DNA of 64,000 bases. Origin: Sminthopsis crassicaudata (lineage: Eukaryota). The position numbers were made by a program, and so were the translations under genes. The stretch is from assembly GCF_048593235.1 (NCBI RefSeq), contig NC_133620.1:52888852-52952851 (forward strand). Direction: 5' to 3'. Shown piece after piece: positions 62,210 through 64,000 of this stretch. Within the stretch, counting starts at the first letter, position 1; the number at the start of each line of letters is the position of its first letter. The notes below the pieces were generated by a model. That model was given only the letters and a program-made list of their open reading frames with translations. It searched no databases and was not told the origin of the DNA.

Positions 62210-62420
62210 TAGTATTTATATAGTGCTTTAAGGCTTGAAAAGTGCTTTACAAATATCTCATTTTATCTTCACAAAAATCCAAGGAGGTAAGTATAATCGT
62301 TATCTTTATTTTACAGATGAGGAAACTGAGGCAGGCAGCTGTTAAATGACTTGTTCTACAGTTAGGAAGTGTCTTAAAATAAGGCGTAACTTACTCTAAA
62401 CTCAGTGACTTATCCCTTAT
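62210..62420 (-). mobile_element. MIR SINE
   Basis: atttatatagtgctttaagg...atctcattttatcttcac...ttttacagatgaggaaactgaggcag. Confidence 0.8.
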
Positions 62421-62429
62421 GCCCTCCAG

Positions 62430-62600
62430 CTTTCCAGGTAGAAACATGGGGTCAGAAAGACCAAGGTTTCAAGTTGTCTTTCAGAAATAGACTTTCTGGG
62501 TGACTATACCTGTCACTTATCTTGAAAGTCCCCAGGCAACTCTCCAGGATTATGAACTGCAAAAAAGTCACTGATCAGTAGAGGTAGAACAAATAGTTCA
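62430..62600 (+). mobile_element. WALLSI4-like SINE remnant
   Basis: ggggtcagaaagaccaagg...ccccaggcaactctccaggattatgaactgca. Confidence 0.45.
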
Positions 62601-63809
62601 GCCACAAAAAAATAAAAAGACGCAAAACTATAGTCACCCTTCACTGCCTGCTTCAATGCTTCAGTTTATTTGACTTCAAATTTAGCTCTGAGGAGACTGC
62701 CAGGTCATTGAGAGTCTTTATTCTCCATAGTTACTCTGGCACATCTACTCCTAACTATCTAGATTTATTGGTTAGTTTGTGGCTACTACATATGAGGGAT
62801 CACAAGCTGTTTCTTATTGAGGCAGGTCTTGATGAATACTACCAAAATGGCGGCTTCCAGGATGGCACTTCCCACTATTACAATATTAGTAGTCAGTATA
62901 GAATGCCTCTATTATTTTCTCCAACCAAAGGAGCTGGCCACCCTGGGGGCTGGAGACCTGCTGTAAACTTGGTTATTCTACCTAAAGCTGCCTCTGTAAA
63001 GTAAGCAGTAATGGAGGGATGCCCATGGACAGCTCCCTATATAAATTGCAATTTTCCTAGTTCTATAGAGGAAAAGTCAACTAGATTACCTCAATGTTCT
63101 CCCCTTCACCAGAATCTGGACCTAGTCATTGTAGAATATTTATCTGCTTTGGATGATATAGTCATAGATCAGTACTGGACAGGACTTTGACAGAATCCAA
63201 GAGTCAGAATGGCTAAGTGATTTACTCAATGTGACATCCCCAGCAAGTAGCAAAAGATAAGATTTAAATTGAAAGCCTTTAACTTTAAATCCAATGTATT
63301 CTGTTCCTCTCTTCTTTTTTCTCTTATCTCTTTGGTGTCTTAGTCTTTTGGTCCCTGGGGGAACACAGATAGCAGGGCTCCTCTGCAGTAAGAAATGGGG
63401 CTCATAAATGATGTTCTGTGCTTCCACTGACTCCGCCATATTTAGGCAAGATGAGAATTTCATAGTTCACCCCAAAGCAGCATAAGCTTATCACTCTGCC
63501 CACAAGGAGCCCCCTGAGTGCCCTGACAGCACATTCAACTGTACAAAAGAAAATTAAAAGCAAATTTGCATCACCTTTCATCCATGCTAGAACTCCCAGT
63601 GTTAATTTGCATGATATTTGAATAGCACTTGCATGTAATATTGTTGACATGAGCAGACCTCTCACAACCTCTCTTACTTCATTCTTTCTCTGACTCTTCC
63701 CCACACCTATAATCTCACCATCTCTGATGGGCCACCTTGCCTTGACCTGGCATGACCAATAACAATAACAAAAAAATATCCCAAAGACTCTTTGATGGTC
63801 CTATTATAA

Positions 63810-63960
63810 CACCATGATGTATAAATAAGGAAACTGAGGTCTAAGGATATTAAATGATTGTTCAAAGATCACCTGGGTAGCAAGAAGCAGAGGCATGATT
63901 TGAACCCAGATCCTTTCTTTCCAAATCCAATATTCTTTCCACCACATCCCTACATCAGAT
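63810..63960 (-). mobile_element. MIR SINE
   Basis: ataaggaaactgaggtctaaggatattaaatgattgttcaaagatcac...gatttgaacccagatcc. Confidence 0.75.
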
Positions 63961-64000
63961 ATTAACTCCATGAAAGTGGTCCCCCTCATAGAGTAGAGTA

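Larger units (their letters stand above)
2084..64000 (-). other. LMX1A: Long LMX1A intron between the LIM1 and LIM2 exons (continues beyond the window)
   Basis: No LIM1-coding exon (CEGC...HEQC...) was found upstream of the acceptor in the ORF track or by reading the sequence. The region is repeat-rich. Mammalian LMX1A has a roughly 100-kb intron here (recalled). Confidence 0.85.

Overview
Eukaryotic, AT-rich, CpG-depleted genomic DNA from a draft assembly (8 N-gaps, 2,203 N in total). The repeat complement (WSINE1/MAR1/WALLSI-type core SINEs, MIR, L2, CR1/L3, RTE, marsupial-type L1 3' end) points to a marsupial, probably a dasyuromorph (inference from recalled consensus sequences). The only supported coding sequence is one 233-nt internal exon of LMX1A on the minus strand (1851-2083, second LIM domain, canonical AG/GT ends). 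Positions 2084-64000 belong to the very long intron upstream of it and 1-1850 to the next intron. No RNA genes, CRISPR arrays or intact mobile elements were found, and I cannot support a new biological system here. Best leads: (i) a CpG-enriched, promoter-like intronic block at ~30.5-31.8 kb with a sense 5' splice site and a G-quadruplex at its edge, possibly an internal LMX1A promoter; (ii) an antisense Cys-rich 96-aa ORF framed by TATAAA, a strong Kozak context and AATAAA at 22.3-22.8 kb; (iii) a diverged nested tandem duplication at 37.2-38.0 kb; (iv) CpG-retaining enhancer-like blocks at 5.8 kb and 49.4-50.8 kb; (v) a SINE-borne CTCF-like motif. Repeat family names come from memory of consensus sequences and repeat boundaries are approximate; both need RepeatMasker/Dfam confirmation.
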